Shown: positions 26,247 through 35,431 of the stretch, piece by piece
Numbering within the stretch: position 1 is the first letter of the stretch
How the letters are laid out: each line of letters opens with the position of its first letter
Origin: Candidatus Xenobia bacterium
GTDB lineage: Bacteria > Vulcanimicrobiota > Xenobia > Xenobiales > QWHO01
Assembly (NCBI GenBank): GCA_045863235.1
Contig: BTUM01000007.1
Span: 84,335 to 148,334 of the forward strand
Reading direction: 5' to 3'
DNA length: 64,000 nucleotides
Notes under the pieces: generated by a model
Told to the model about the DNA's origin: nothing
The model's database searches: none
What the model saw: only the letters and a program-made list of their open reading frames with translations
Translations under genes and position numbers: made by a program

Positions 26247-28030
26247 CGATAGACCAGATAGAGGCTGGTGGCGACAAATCCGGCAGTGAGGGCAACCGGG
26301 AGCAGCAGACGTACGATACCGTTGCTGATCCAGCGATCCAAAATTCCAGTAACCGACAAGAAGAGATAGATGCTGGCAAGGAGATTGAAGGCGGCAAACC
26401 AGACGAACTGATGGGCGTAGCTCATCACGGCCAGCTCCGGGTGGAGGAACAGGCGACTCGACAGGGCGGGCCCGGTCAGGATCACGGACAGGATAATCAG
26501 CGGCAGGGTCATGCCCAGCAGGTAGATCATCCCAAATTCGCCTTGCTGACGGTTGGGTAAGCGCTGGTAGAGCTTGGTGGTGATGAGCGGGGCCAGCACG
26601 GCCAGCAGGAAGTAGAAGAGTGCCGTGGTCTCGACCATCGGCAAGACGTCCACCTCGAGGGCGGAGATGCCTGAGCCTTGAAGCGAGACCGGTTGTCGGC
26701 CCAGGTAGGACTCTTGAAAAGCCGTGCTGGTATAGCTCAGAAGGTAATGCTTGATGCGTCCCAAGGAGTAGTAAAAGCGGAACAGGATATAGGCGGTGCC
26801 GATCAAGCTGGGACCAAGCAGCAGCAAAATGGCTCGGGCCGGTGTCAGGTTGGGGATCTTCGAGCTGGGCAGCAGCATGGTGAGCGGGATCTTCCTGATC
26901 TCATGCGGGGTCTGGATGATGAGATACTCGGGCCCGTCACTCAGGGCTGCCGGATCGATCCAGTAGTCGATCCGGGCATAGCTGCCTTGAAAGACCGTCG
27001 GCTTCACGGTCACCTTGGGGTGGGTCGCGCGGATCTGACCGGTGACCGGGCTGTCGTCCGGCAAGATGATCTCCACGCGCCCCCGGTAGGAGTATCGCCC
27101 CTCCTGACTGCGGTCGGGACCGACATAGGTAATCTGGTGGTGCAGCCTCGGGGTCGGGGGCGGCTCGGGCGCCTTCTCCTCGACCATCTCTTCTTTCTTC
27201 TTGATGGGGCCGGTGTGCTCGCGTTGGAGCATGCTCACGACCAGCCGGGTCAATTCTTCGGCTTCCTGGGTAGCCGACCCGGCAGGAGAGTTGGCCCCGG
27301 AGACCGGCGGCGGGGACACTGCCCCCGACTTTCGGCCCTCACGCAAGCGCAGCGTGAAGCCGGTGCGAAGCAGACGGTCGCGCCAGCGAACGACCATCTC
27401 CATTTGTCCGAATTTCGACCCGGTCTCGAAGCGGTGGTCACAATCTTGGAGAAAACGCCGCGAAGCCAACACCCAATCGTGCAAGACAGGGAGGAACATC
27501 TTGAGCTGTTGCTCGCACACCTCCACCGGGGGCGTTTCCTGGGTGGAGGCAAACCAGGCAATCAGCTGGTCTTTCCCTTCCACCGGCTCGCCTGCGCCAA
27601 GCAGGCGGGTGAAAGTACGGGGGCCCCAGCCCGGCTCAACGAACACCTCAACCAGCACGCGGGCCAGGGGGTCCTCGGTCATATCGGCCAGGGCTTGCAG
27701 GGAGAGCACGATTAGCTCGACTCGCTCGGGTGTGCTGCGGGCCTCGCGCCAGAGGGTGAGCACTTCGGGAGGAGGGGCCGCCAGGCTGCGCCATGCGGCC
27801 GGCAGAACGCCTGCATAGTATCGGGTCAGCAGGCCCAGGGCGTCACGAGTGGCTGCCCAGCAGCGAGCCGGGTCTCCTTGAGCCAGTTTGCGCTCGAGCT
27901 CGCGCAACAAGACCACCAGGTGATCGGGGGCACCTACCGGCACCAGGGGCGCGTCCAAGCCCTCCAGGGCATTGCTGGCCGGCGGTGTGCCTGAAGAGGC
28001 GGGCGGGTTATGCCCTGCAAGCTCGGACAT
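26243..28030 (-). CDS. Hypothetical protein with soluble N-terminus and multi-TM C-terminus
   Basis: 595-aa ORF with typical codon usage, about 5 C-terminal TM helices, coupled to the downstream gene. Confidence 0.75.
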   Translation of the reverse strand: MSELAGHNPPASSGTPPASNALEGLDAPLVPVGAPDHLVVLLRELERKLAQGDPARCWAATRDALGLLTRYYAGVLPAAWRSLAAPPPEVLTLWREARSTPERVELIVLSLQALADMTEDPLARVLVEVFVEPGWGPRTFTRLLGAGEPVEGKDQLIAWFASTQETPPVEVCEQQLKMFLPVLHDWVLASRRFLQDCDHRFETGSKFGQMEMVVRWRDRLLRTGFTLRLREGRKSGAVSPPPVSGANSPAGSATQEAEELTRLVVSMLQREHTGPIKKKEEMVEEKAPEPPPTPRLHHQITYVGPDRSQEGRYSYRGRVEIILPDDSPVTGQIRATHPKVTVKPTVFQGSYARIDYWIDPAALSDGPEYLIIQTPHEIRKIPLTMLLPSSKIPNLTPARAILLLLGPSLIGTAYILFRFYYSLGRIKHYLLSYTSTAFQESYLGRQPVSLQGSGISALEVDVLPMVETTALFYFLLAVLAPLITTKLYQRLPNRQQGEFGMIYLLGMTLPLIILSVILTGPALSSRLFLHPELAVMSYAHQFVWFAAFNLLASIYLFLSVTGILDRWISNGIVRLLLPVALTAGFVATSLYLVYR

Positions 28031-28076
28031 CGATCTTGAGCTACTTCGCTCCCGCGGCAGCTCAGCCTTCCGCCGG

Positions 28077-29165
28077 CTACCTCTCGGTCAGCTCGGTCCA
28101 CACCTGGCCCAGGCGTGACTGGCAGTGCCGGGCCAGGTTCAAAAGCTTTTGCAGATCGCCGATGCGTTCGTCCATGGCCAGCTCGACCACGGCCGCCCGG
28201 TCGGGGAAGTAGGAGACCAGGACCAGCACGGAGGGCCCACTCGCCGGCGTAACTGCCTCCTCCTCCCCCTCGTCCTCAGTGGTCTGGGAGAGGGCGGGGG
28301 CATTCTGATCGATGCGGGTTGGAACCCCTCGGAAGCTGGGTGCCTGCGAGCTGGCTGCCATTCCGGCGTCGAGGTAGTCAGGCCGGGCCGGGCCGGTGGG
28401 CGTGATGTCGCCAAAGGCGACCGAAGGGGAGGGAGGCGCTTGCGGGGCAGGGGGAGCTTGCTCGGCTGCCTGAGGCTGCCCGGGGGCTGGTTCGGGCTCG
28501 GCTGGCAGCGGCAGGCGGGCAAGAAAGCTCTCGCTGCCAATTCCAAAGACGTCCTCGCGCTTGAGGGCGGCTGCCTTGAGGGTGTGATAGATCTGCTCGG
28601 CCTTGATGCTGGTCGTGCCCCCGTAGACCGCCACCTGAACGAATCCGAGGCTCTCGGTGTTGTAGCGCCTCAGACTGAAGGGCACGGGAGCCTCGCTGCC
28701 TCTGGTGCGCAGCATATTGTTCGGCCGGGATGTGCGCGGACGAAGGCCCGCGCTGGGGGCATAACTGTAAGGAGCCACTTTCCCGAATACCTCAGGTTGA
28801 GGTCCGGTGGGCCTGGCTTGCAGTTCAGCCAGCATCTCCGGAGGCAGGTCTTTGGGCAGGGCAGGCTCGAGGGTGGGGAAGGGAGGGACGTCCCACTGCT
28901 TGGGGGGCGGAAGCGAGCGACCCGGACGGTCTTCGGCCACAGGGACGTCGCTCAGAGGCACGACCGGCGGGCCGAGCAAGGAGGGAGCAGACTCCTCGAC
29001 GCTCTGGAATCGCTGGCCAAGGGAGATCTCTTCCTCGACGTCCCGCTGGCTCATCAGCGTCACAGCGAGGTCCCGGGGGTAGATGGTCGAGTTCTGTGCC
29101 TGGCAAAGCAGCAGCGAGCCCAGAAAGAAGGCCAGCCCCACCAGTTTGCCCGGCAATCGTCCCAT
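28077..29165 (-). CDS. Hypothetical secreted Pro-rich protein
   Basis: Signal peptide MGRLPGKLVGLAFFLGSLLLCQA; GGGAG SD. Confidence 0.75.
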   Translation of the reverse strand: MGRLPGKLVGLAFFLGSLLLCQAQNSTIYPRDLAVTLMSQRDVEEEISLGQRFQSVEESAPSLLGPPVVPLSDVPVAEDRPGRSLPPPKQWDVPPFPTLEPALPKDLPPEMLAELQARPTGPQPEVFGKVAPYSYAPSAGLRPRTSRPNNMLRTRGSEAPVPFSLRRYNTESLGFVQVAVYGGTTSIKAEQIYHTLKAAALKREDVFGIGSESFLARLPLPAEPEPAPGQPQAAEQAPPAPQAPPSPSVAFGDITPTGPARPDYLDAGMAASSQAPSFRGVPTRIDQNAPALSQTTEDEGEEEAVTPASGPSVLVLVSYFPDRAAVVELAMDERIGDLQKLLNLARHCQSRLGQVWTELTER

Positions 29166-29181
29166 CCAGAACTCCCTTTCC

Positions 29182-29296
29182 CGCTCGCAGGCTCGCTGCG
29201 CGCTTCGCTTGCCCTTGGAGCTACGCTCGCAGGCTCGCTGCGCGCTTCGCTTGCCCTTGGAGCTACGCTCGCAGGCTCGCTGCGCGCTTCGCTTGC
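29182..29296. repeat. Perfect 42-bp tandem repeat, ~2.7 copies, intergenic
   Basis: Unit CGCTCGCAGGCTCGCTGCGCGCTTCGCTTGCCCTTGGAGCTA at 29182 and 29224, with a partial copy at 29266. Confidence 0.95.
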
Positions 29297-29368
29297 TTGT
29301 TGGGCTTTGGTGGCTCGAATCCTGCTCACAGGATCTTTCTTGCAGCCGCGCGAACCGCGTGCCCTGTC

Positions 29369-30775
29369 ATGTTGAGCTTGCAGTTTCTTGGAGCCGCCGG
29401 CACGGTCACCGGCTCGAAATACCTCCTGACCTACCAGGGCCGTCGCATTCTGATCGATTGCGGACTCTTCCAGGGCCTCAAAGAGATCCGCTCACGCAAC
29501 TGGGAGGACCTGCCCGTCGACCCGGCCTCGATCGAGGCCCTGGTGCTGACGCACGCCCACATCGACCACACCGGGTTCATTCCCCGGCTGGTGCGGGACG
29601 GCTTTAAAGGCAAGATTCACTGTACCCCGGCGACCCGTGACCTTTGCACGCTGCTCTTGCCCGATTCGGCCCACCTGCAAGAAGAGCAGGCTTTCTATAT
29701 GAATAAGGAGCGACTCAGCCGCCACAAGCCGGCCCTGCCCCTGTACACGATCTACGATGCCGAGGCGAGCTTGAGGCGCTTCGTCACCCACGACTACCAC
29801 GAGGCCTTTGAGCCCCTTCCCGGGATCTCCATCGTCTACCACGACGCCGGCCACATTCTGGGCTCGGCCTGGATCGAGCTCACGGTGGATGGGAGAAAGA
29901 TTGTCTTCTCGGGCGATCTGGGGCGGAAGAACGCCCCCATCCTGCGCGATCCGGAAGCGCTGGTGGGCTGCGAGTACCTGGTGTGCGAGTCCACTTACGG
30001 TGATCGTCTGCACGGAGACCACCCCGTTCAGGAGAATATGCGCGAGATCTTGTGGGAGACGATGAAGCGGTTTGGAGTGCTGGTCATCCCGGCCTTCGCC
30101 GTGGAGCGCTCTCAGGAGATCGTCTATCTCTTGCAGGAGATTCGTCGTGACGGCGGCATTCCCGACGTCCCGGTCTTCATCGACTCCCCGATGGCCGCCC
30201 GGGCCACCCGTATCTTCGCCAACTACCCCCAGTACTTCGACGAGGATGCTCTGGAGCAGCTGCGCACCCAGGGCGCCCTGCCGGGCCTCAAGCTGTGCGA
30301 GAGCGTGGCCGATTCGAAGGCCATTGCCAGCGTGCGCCCGCCCTTCGTGGTCATTTCGGCCAGCGGGATGGCCACCGGAGGTCGTATCCTTCACCACCTC
30401 AAGCAGTATCTGCCCGATGCTCGTAATACCGTGCTGCTGGTAGGCTACCAGTCGATCGGTACGCGCGGTTGGCAGCTGCAGCAGGGTGAGGAGCGGATCA
30501 AGATCTTCGGGCAGTTCGTTCCTGTTCACGCTCGCGTTCGCAAGCTGGATGGGTTTTCTGGTCATGCCGATTACGAGCAGATCAATGAGTGGCTGAGAGC
30601 CTGTCCTCAACCGCCCAGGCGGGTCTTCTTGACCCACGGTGAAGGAGCCGCCCTGGAAGCTCAGCGCGCGCGCATCTCGGCCTGGCCGGGATGGCAGGCC
30701 CATGTGCCCGAGCACCTCGAGGAGGTGCAGCTTACATTCCAGACCAGGGAGGCCGCCGGTGGAGCTGTGGTTTGA
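29369..30775 (+). CDS. MBL-fold beta-CASP ribonuclease
   Basis: FLGAAGTVTGSKY, DCGLFQG, THAHIDH, AGHILGS, SGDLG, ESTYG, FSGHAD, THGE; true start ATG 29369. Confidence 0.95.
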   Translation: MLSLQFLGAAGTVTGSKYLLTYQGRRILIDCGLFQGLKEIRSRNWEDLPVDPASIEALVLTHAHIDHTGFIPRLVRDGFKGKIHCTPATRDLCTLLLPDSAHLQEEQAFYMNKERLSRHKPALPLYTIYDAEASLRRFVTHDYHEAFEPLPGISIVYHDAGHILGSAWIELTVDGRKIVFSGDLGRKNAPILRDPEALVGCEYLVCESTYGDRLHGDHPVQENMREILWETMKRFGVLVIPAFAVERSQEIVYLLQEIRRDGGIPDVPVFIDSPMAARATRIFANYPQYFDEDALEQLRTQGALPGLKLCESVADSKAIASVRPPFVVISASGMATGGRILHHLKQYLPDARNTVLLVGYQSIGTRGWQLQQGEERIKIFGQFVPVHARVRKLDGFSGHADYEQINEWLRACPQPPRRVFLTHGEGAALEAQRARISAWPGWQAHVPEHLEEVQLTFQTREAAGGAVV

Positions 30776-31595
30776 GGAGAGCACGCCTGAGGGCTGGGGT
30801 CTGAAGGTGCGCCTCGAGCGCACGCTGGAGTCTGTCCAGAGCCAGTTCCAGCGAATCGACCTCTATCAGACCTCAGGGATGGGGAAGCTCCTGGTCATCG
30901 ACGGGAAGGTCCAACTGTGCGAGTTGGACGAGTTCACCTATCACGAGATGCTGGCCCACGTTCCGCTGCTCTGCCACCCGGCTCCTCGCCGGGTCATGGT
31001 GGTGGGCGGAGGGGACGGCGGCACCATGCGGGAGGTGCTGGCCCACCCCAGCGTGGAGAGAGCGGTGCTCGTCGAGATCGACCCCGAGGTGGTGCGCGTA
31101 TGCCGCGAGCATCTGCCGACCCTGTCCGGGCGGCTGGGCGACCCGAGAGTGGAGATTGTGGCCGCCGACGCGGCCGAGTACATGCGCACCGCCCGCGATT
31201 TTGACGCCATCCTGGTGGACTCGAGCGATCCGGTGGGACCCTCCGAGGTGCTCTTCAGCGGCGGGTTCTATTCGGATCTCCGTCAGGCGCTCACCCCGCA
31301 GGGCGTTATGGCCATGCAGTCCGGCTCCCCCTTCTTCTACCTCGAGCAGATCGTCGGCGCTGTGCGCGGATTGAAGGAGCAATTTCGCCACGTGCGTCCG
31401 CTGATCGTGCCTGTGCCGACCTATCCCAGCGGTACCTGGTCGTTGGTGGCCGCTTCGCTGGGCGAGGATCTCGAGCTCGGCGCGGATGAGCTGGCCCGCC
31501 GTTATCGCGAGCGCGGACTGCAAACCCGGTGGTACAGCCCCCAGATGCATCGGGCCAGCCTGGCTCTTCCCCCCTTCCTGGAGCAGGCCTTGTAG
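30759..31595 (+). CDS. speE: Polyamine aminopropyltransferase (spermidine synthase)
   Basis: DEFTYHEMLAHVPL, VGGGDGG, VEID, DSSDPVGP, VPTYPSG; GGGAGG SD before GTG 30759. Confidence 0.95.
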   Translation: MELWFEESTPEGWGLKVRLERTLESVQSQFQRIDLYQTSGMGKLLVIDGKVQLCELDEFTYHEMLAHVPLLCHPAPRRVMVVGGGDGGTMREVLAHPSVERAVLVEIDPEVVRVCREHLPTLSGRLGDPRVEIVAADAAEYMRTARDFDAILVDSSDPVGPSEVLFSGGFYSDLRQALTPQGVMAMQSGSPFFYLEQIVGAVRGLKEQFRHVRPLIVPVPTYPSGTWSLVAASLGEDLELGADELARRYRERGLQTRWYSPQMHRASLALPPFLEQAL

Positions 31596-31598
31596 GCG

Positions 31599-32963
31599 AT
31601 GGAGATCGTCCATCTCCCGCCGGCCATGGTCGGGCTCCTCAATGCGCTGCGGGAAGGGGAGGCCGACGTTGACACCCGGCTGGAAGAGTTTCGCTCCGAG
31701 CGCCAGGCGGCGGGGCGCTGGCTGGAGTTCCACGGGGCCTTCAGTCTAGACGCTGAGGACGAGAAGGACCTCGAGAACATCGCTTATCTTTTCGAGCAGG
31801 TGGATGAGGCGCTGGATGATCTTGCTCTGGAGCGTCTGCTTCCGCCTCTCTATCAGGCCGTGGCCTTGATGGAGCGGGTCAACAAGCGCCGCGAGCAGCC
31901 CCACTTTTCCCCGCAACCGGCCGTGAATGACTTCATCATGGCCGCGGCTGCCTACCTCCAGGGCCGGGGCCAGAAGCGAGGCGTGCTCGAGCGTCTGCCG
32001 ATGCTGGACGAATCTTATCAGAGCCTGCGCCAGCTCTACCGCCTGCGCAAGGATGAGCTGAAGAGCGAAGTGCGACCCGAGCTCGAGACCGGCCTGCGCC
32101 ATCTCAAGAGGGGCCTGGAGGAGGCCCGCTCAGCCCTGGAGGCCGACGATCGCGACGGATTGCACGATTCCCTGGCTCGTCTTTCGGGTGGAGCCGGGAT
32201 TCTGGACCACTTGCTGGAGTGGGAACGTCAAGACCGGCAGCGGTATCAGGCCCGCTATCGCCGCTACAACATCCCTCTGGTGGGCAGCGACCTGGAGCTG
32301 GCTCTGGAAACGGGCCGCCAGGTGCCCCGCGAGGACTGGCGGCGGGGAGTTCGCAATCTGGTGGATACCGTGCTGCCCCGCCTCTTCGGGTTCTGGAACC
32401 AGGTGCGCTGGCTACTGGTCTTGCCCATGGAGGACCGAGGGTTGCTCGAAGAGATCGACCTGGGCCTGGAACGTCTGGAGGACGCGGTCGGCCAATTGAT
32501 GGTGAGCGAGATCACGGCCGAGGAGGCTCTCGGCGAGTATGCCGCGGCTTGCGAAAGCCTTCACCATCTCTTCTCGAGCCTCGAGAGCCGGGCTCTGCGA
32601 GGAGATCGATACGCCGGCACTCCGGCTGGCGCCTACTGGCAGGTTGGCACCGGGCTGCTGGCCGGAAGCGTGCCGCTGGTAGCTCTGGAGGAGCTGCTTT
32701 TGCGCTCACCCCCGCTGGCTGAGTGGGGAGAGGTGGGCGAGCTGATGTCCCAGTTTCTGCGGCGACCCGACCTCGAGCTCGTCAGGGAGGCCCTCTGCCT
32801 GTTGCACGAGCTGGTCCCTGAGCCGGAGCCGGACGGCGGCTCCGTGCCCGACAGTTGGAGCTGCGGGTTCTGCGGTTTTGTGAATCCGCTCGGTCAGCAC
32901 CCCTGCCGACGCTGCGGGGCCAGCCCATCGGCTTCCTCAATCGAGGAAGCCTGGGAGGCCTAA
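31599..32963 (+). CDS. Hypothetical helical protein with C-terminal RanBP2-type zinc finger
   Basis: WSCGFCGFVNPLGQHPCRRC fits W-x-C-x2-C-x3-N-x6-C-x2-C. Confidence 0.75.
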   Translation: MEIVHLPPAMVGLLNALREGEADVDTRLEEFRSERQAAGRWLEFHGAFSLDAEDEKDLENIAYLFEQVDEALDDLALERLLPPLYQAVALMERVNKRREQPHFSPQPAVNDFIMAAAAYLQGRGQKRGVLERLPMLDESYQSLRQLYRLRKDELKSEVRPELETGLRHLKRGLEEARSALEADDRDGLHDSLARLSGGAGILDHLLEWERQDRQRYQARYRRYNIPLVGSDLELALETGRQVPREDWRRGVRNLVDTVLPRLFGFWNQVRWLLVLPMEDRGLLEEIDLGLERLEDAVGQLMVSEITAEEALGEYAAACESLHHLFSSLESRALRGDRYAGTPAGAYWQVGTGLLAGSVPLVALEELLLRSPPLAEWGEVGELMSQFLRRPDLELVREALCLLHELVPEPEPDGGSVPDSWSCGFCGFVNPLGQHPCRRCGASPSASSIEEAWEA

Positions 32964-32990
32964 AAAAAAGTCGGGCTGTCGGGCAGCCCG
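32962..32990 (-). terminator. Intrinsic terminator oriented on the minus strand
   Basis: Minus strand: CGGGCTG-cccga-CAGCCCG-ac-TTTTTTTT. Confidence 0.85.
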
Positions 32991-33046
32991 CATAAGGGAA
33001 GGAGGCCTGGGGATCTTGTGCGACCGGGCGTCGCACGGAACTTGAT
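32962..33046 (-). ncRNA. Putative ~85-nt small RNA with anti-SD tract
   Basis: Minus-strand terminator with no credible minus-strand CDS upstream; TAAGCT -10-like box at 33052-33057; 7-bp hairpin at 33018-33036; unpaired CCUCCUUCCCUU. Confidence 0.5.
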
Positions 33047-33139
33047 CGTTGAGCTTATCATCACCCCGGTCCGGCCTCTGACCAGGGGGAGAAGGTTACT
33101 CTTTCGTTTCCAGTCTGTTACAAGATTGTGAAGCGGCCC

Positions 33140-33172
33140 TTTCATGGGCCTTTCAGCCTCTCTGGGTAGAAT
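33140..33172 (+). promoter_or_regulatory. Putative regulated promoter, probably leaderless
   Basis: tttcat-gggcc-tttcag-N10-TAGAAT-N7-ATG(33180). Confidence 0.65.
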
Positions 33173-33179
33173 GGGCAGG

Positions 33180-34199
33180 ATGCAAATTCATGCTTTCAGC
33201 AGATCTCTTGCCTCCCTCGGCTCGCCTCGTTCGGCGGCTTCCGAGCCCGCCTCGGGGGATCGGGTCACCCTGTCGCACCCGGCCGGCTGCGCGTGCTGCC
33301 AGCCGGCCACGGGGCCCGTGCCAGCCGGCCAGCCCTCCTTGCGGCAACGCCTGGACGCCCTGAAGCTCAAGCCCGAGGAAGTAACCCACGTTCTCTATCA
33401 CGACCCTTGTTTCGATGGCTACGGGGCAGCCTGGGCTGCCCACCGGGCGCTGGGAGACCGGGCTCAGTACATCGGGGTCAACTATGACGAGCCGGTGCCC
33501 GAGCTGCCCAGGGACGCAAAGGTTGCCATCGTGGACTTCAGCTACCCCCGCGAGAAGCTTTTGGCCCTGAAAGAGCAGGTAGCCGACCTGGTGGTGCTCG
33601 ACCACCACAAGACCGCCGAAGAGGGCCTCCAGGGCCTCTCTTTCGCCGTCTTCGAGAAGACGCGGGCGGGCGCCGGCATCGCCTGGGAATACTTTCATCC
33701 GCACAAAGCCGTGCCAGCCCTGGTCTCCTACGTAGAGGATCGCGATCTGTGGAAGTGGGAGCTGCCCCAGAGCCGCGAGGTATCCGCCGCTCTGGCCAGC
33801 TATCCTCGTGAATTCTCGGTCTGGAACCAGCTGGATACCGACCTGGAGAGGCTCAAGACCGAAGGGGGGGCCATCCGGCGCTACAAGGACCAGCTGGTGG
33901 AGGCCACTCTGGAGCGGGTGCGCACGGGGAACATCCGCGGCTATCAGGTGCCCATCGTGAACACTCCCGCCGAGCTTCGCTCGGAAGTGGGCGATGCCAT
34001 GTGTGAAAAGTTCCCAGAAGCCCCCTTCGTGGCCCTCTACTTCGACGACGCGCAGGGCGATCGCAAGTGGTCGCTTCGCTCGCGGGGCGAGTTCGACGCC
34101 ACCACGGTGGCCAGGACCTTTCCGGGTGGAGGGGGCCATCCTCAGGCATGCGGCTTCGAGCAGCCCCGGGCGAACCTGAGCGAGGAGTGGTTGGCCTGA
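33180..34199 (+). CDS. DHH/DHHA1 phosphoesterase with N-terminal low-complexity extension
   Basis: LYHDPCFDG, IVDFS, LDHH, EDRDLWKW, SLRS, GGGGHPQACGF. Confidence 0.9.
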   Translation: MQIHAFSRSLASLGSPRSAASEPASGDRVTLSHPAGCACCQPATGPVPAGQPSLRQRLDALKLKPEEVTHVLYHDPCFDGYGAAWAAHRALGDRAQYIGVNYDEPVPELPRDAKVAIVDFSYPREKLLALKEQVADLVVLDHHKTAEEGLQGLSFAVFEKTRAGAGIAWEYFHPHKAVPALVSYVEDRDLWKWELPQSREVSAALASYPREFSVWNQLDTDLERLKTEGGAIRRYKDQLVEATLERVRTGNIRGYQVPIVNTPAELRSEVGDAMCEKFPEAPFVALYFDDAQGDRKWSLRSRGEFDATTVARTFPGGGGHPQACGFEQPRANLSEEWLA

Positions 34200-34204
34200 C
34201 GATC

Positions 34205-34270
34205 AGCGGTCGAATTCTTCAGCGACGACAGGAGCGGTCGAATTCCTCAGCGACGACAGGAGCGGTCGAA
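34205..34270. repeat. 28-bp tandem repeat (~2.4 copies) overlapping the trmB 3' end
   Basis: AGCGGTCGAATTCYTCAGCGACGACAGG at 34205 and 34233, with a partial copy at 34261. Confidence 0.9.
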
Positions 34271-35182
34271 AGTTTGGTGCAGGGCATCCAGGGCACGCTG
34301 GACTCCGCGAGTGGGGTAGAAGACGCATCCCGGAGCCGGCCGCAGGTGCCAGGCGCCTTCCGAGGGGGTGAGCTCGATCCAAAGGTCCTGGTGGAGGGGC
34401 TCTTCCACCACGAACACCCGCACCATGGCCTTCTGACGCTCGCGGTCGAAGACCAGGTCACGGAACTGCACTCGGAAGGCTCCCTCAGCCACCGTCTCGG
34501 GCAGATTCCAGCGATCGGGGAATTCTTTGACCACGTAAGTGCGCACGGGAACCTCCGCAGGACGGGGAGCGGGGGGAGCCGGTCCCTCGGGATAGAGCCA
34601 CGATTCAAAAAATTCTTGCTGTCCTTCGGAGGTCCAGCGCCGTTCGTACTTGGTGTTCAGAGAAGCCGGCACGGTTCGAGTCTGGATCTTATACCCGGCT
34701 GCCGGCGCGTTGGCCTGGATCTGCTGGAACAGGGGCTCGAAGTCGGTCACGATCCAGATCCCCCCGTCCGGCTTCAGACGATGGCGCAGCAACCCCAAGA
34801 ACTCCACCGAGAACAGGCGATGACGCTCGTGGCGACGCTTGGGCCAGGGACAGGGGAACAGGATGGTGACCTGGCTCAGACAGTCGGATGACAGGCTCCA
34901 TTCCACCATCTGGCGGGCGTCGCCTTGCATCACTCGCAGGTTGGTCAGTTTCTCCTGGGCGGCCCGACGCAGGGCCCGCCGCACCGACTTCCACTCCAGG
35001 TCGATGCCCAGGAAGTTCTTCTCACGCTCCGCGCTGGCCGTTCGGACCAGGAACTCACCGTTACCAAAGCCGATCTCCAGCACCACCGGCGCCTGGCGTC
35101 CGAACAGTGTTCCCAGGTCCAGTGGGCGCGGGCTCGAGCGCCAGCAGACCAGGGGCGCCAGGGAGAGATACTTGCCCTGCAT
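34247..35182 (-). CDS. trmB: tRNA (guanine-N7)-methyltransferase with C-terminal extension
   Basis: LEIGFGNGEF, NFLGID, FPCPWPKRRHERHRL, VTD, TKYERRW. Confidence 0.92.
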   Translation of the reverse strand: MQGKYLSLAPLVCWRSSPRPLDLGTLFGRQAPVVLEIGFGNGEFLVRTASAEREKNFLGIDLEWKSVRRALRRAAQEKLTNLRVMQGDARQMVEWSLSSDCLSQVTILFPCPWPKRRHERHRLFSVEFLGLLRHRLKPDGGIWIVTDFEPLFQQIQANAPAAGYKIQTRTVPASLNTKYERRWTSEGQQEFFESWLYPEGPAPPAPRPAEVPVRTYVVKEFPDRWNLPETVAEGAFRVQFRDLVFDRERQKAMVRVFVVEEPLHQDLWIELTPSEGAWHLRPAPGCVFYPTRGVQRALDALHQTFDRSCRR

Positions 35183-35431
35183 GGCCAGTTTGCTTCTGGG
35201 CCACGCTGAAATGACCTGGAGGCGCGGCCGGAAAGGTTTCGCGTAGGCTGGGTCGATCCCCGTCAGGATGTGCCAGGAGGGCCGATGAGGCCTGGCCTGA
35301 CCTGAGAGGCTTGACCGGACCTGGGACCCAGCTCGCTGTCAATCGGGTTGTGTTGGTCGGAGACATGTCCTCCATTGAGGGAGTCTCCCCCAGGTTCCAC
35401 CCGAGGTCGAGGCCTTCGGCTGCCGACCCCT

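Noticed and set aside
29182..29296. CRISPR array
   Set aside because: The units are identical end to end with no unique spacers, and no cas genes are in the window.
28730..29368. 213-aa N-terminal extension of the beta-CASP nuclease in the ORF track
   Set aside because: It overlaps an opposite-strand gene and the tandem repeat; family homology starts at ATG 29369.
34205..34270. CRISPR array (28-bp repeat)
   Set aside because: The repeats abut with no spacers and overlap a coding end.
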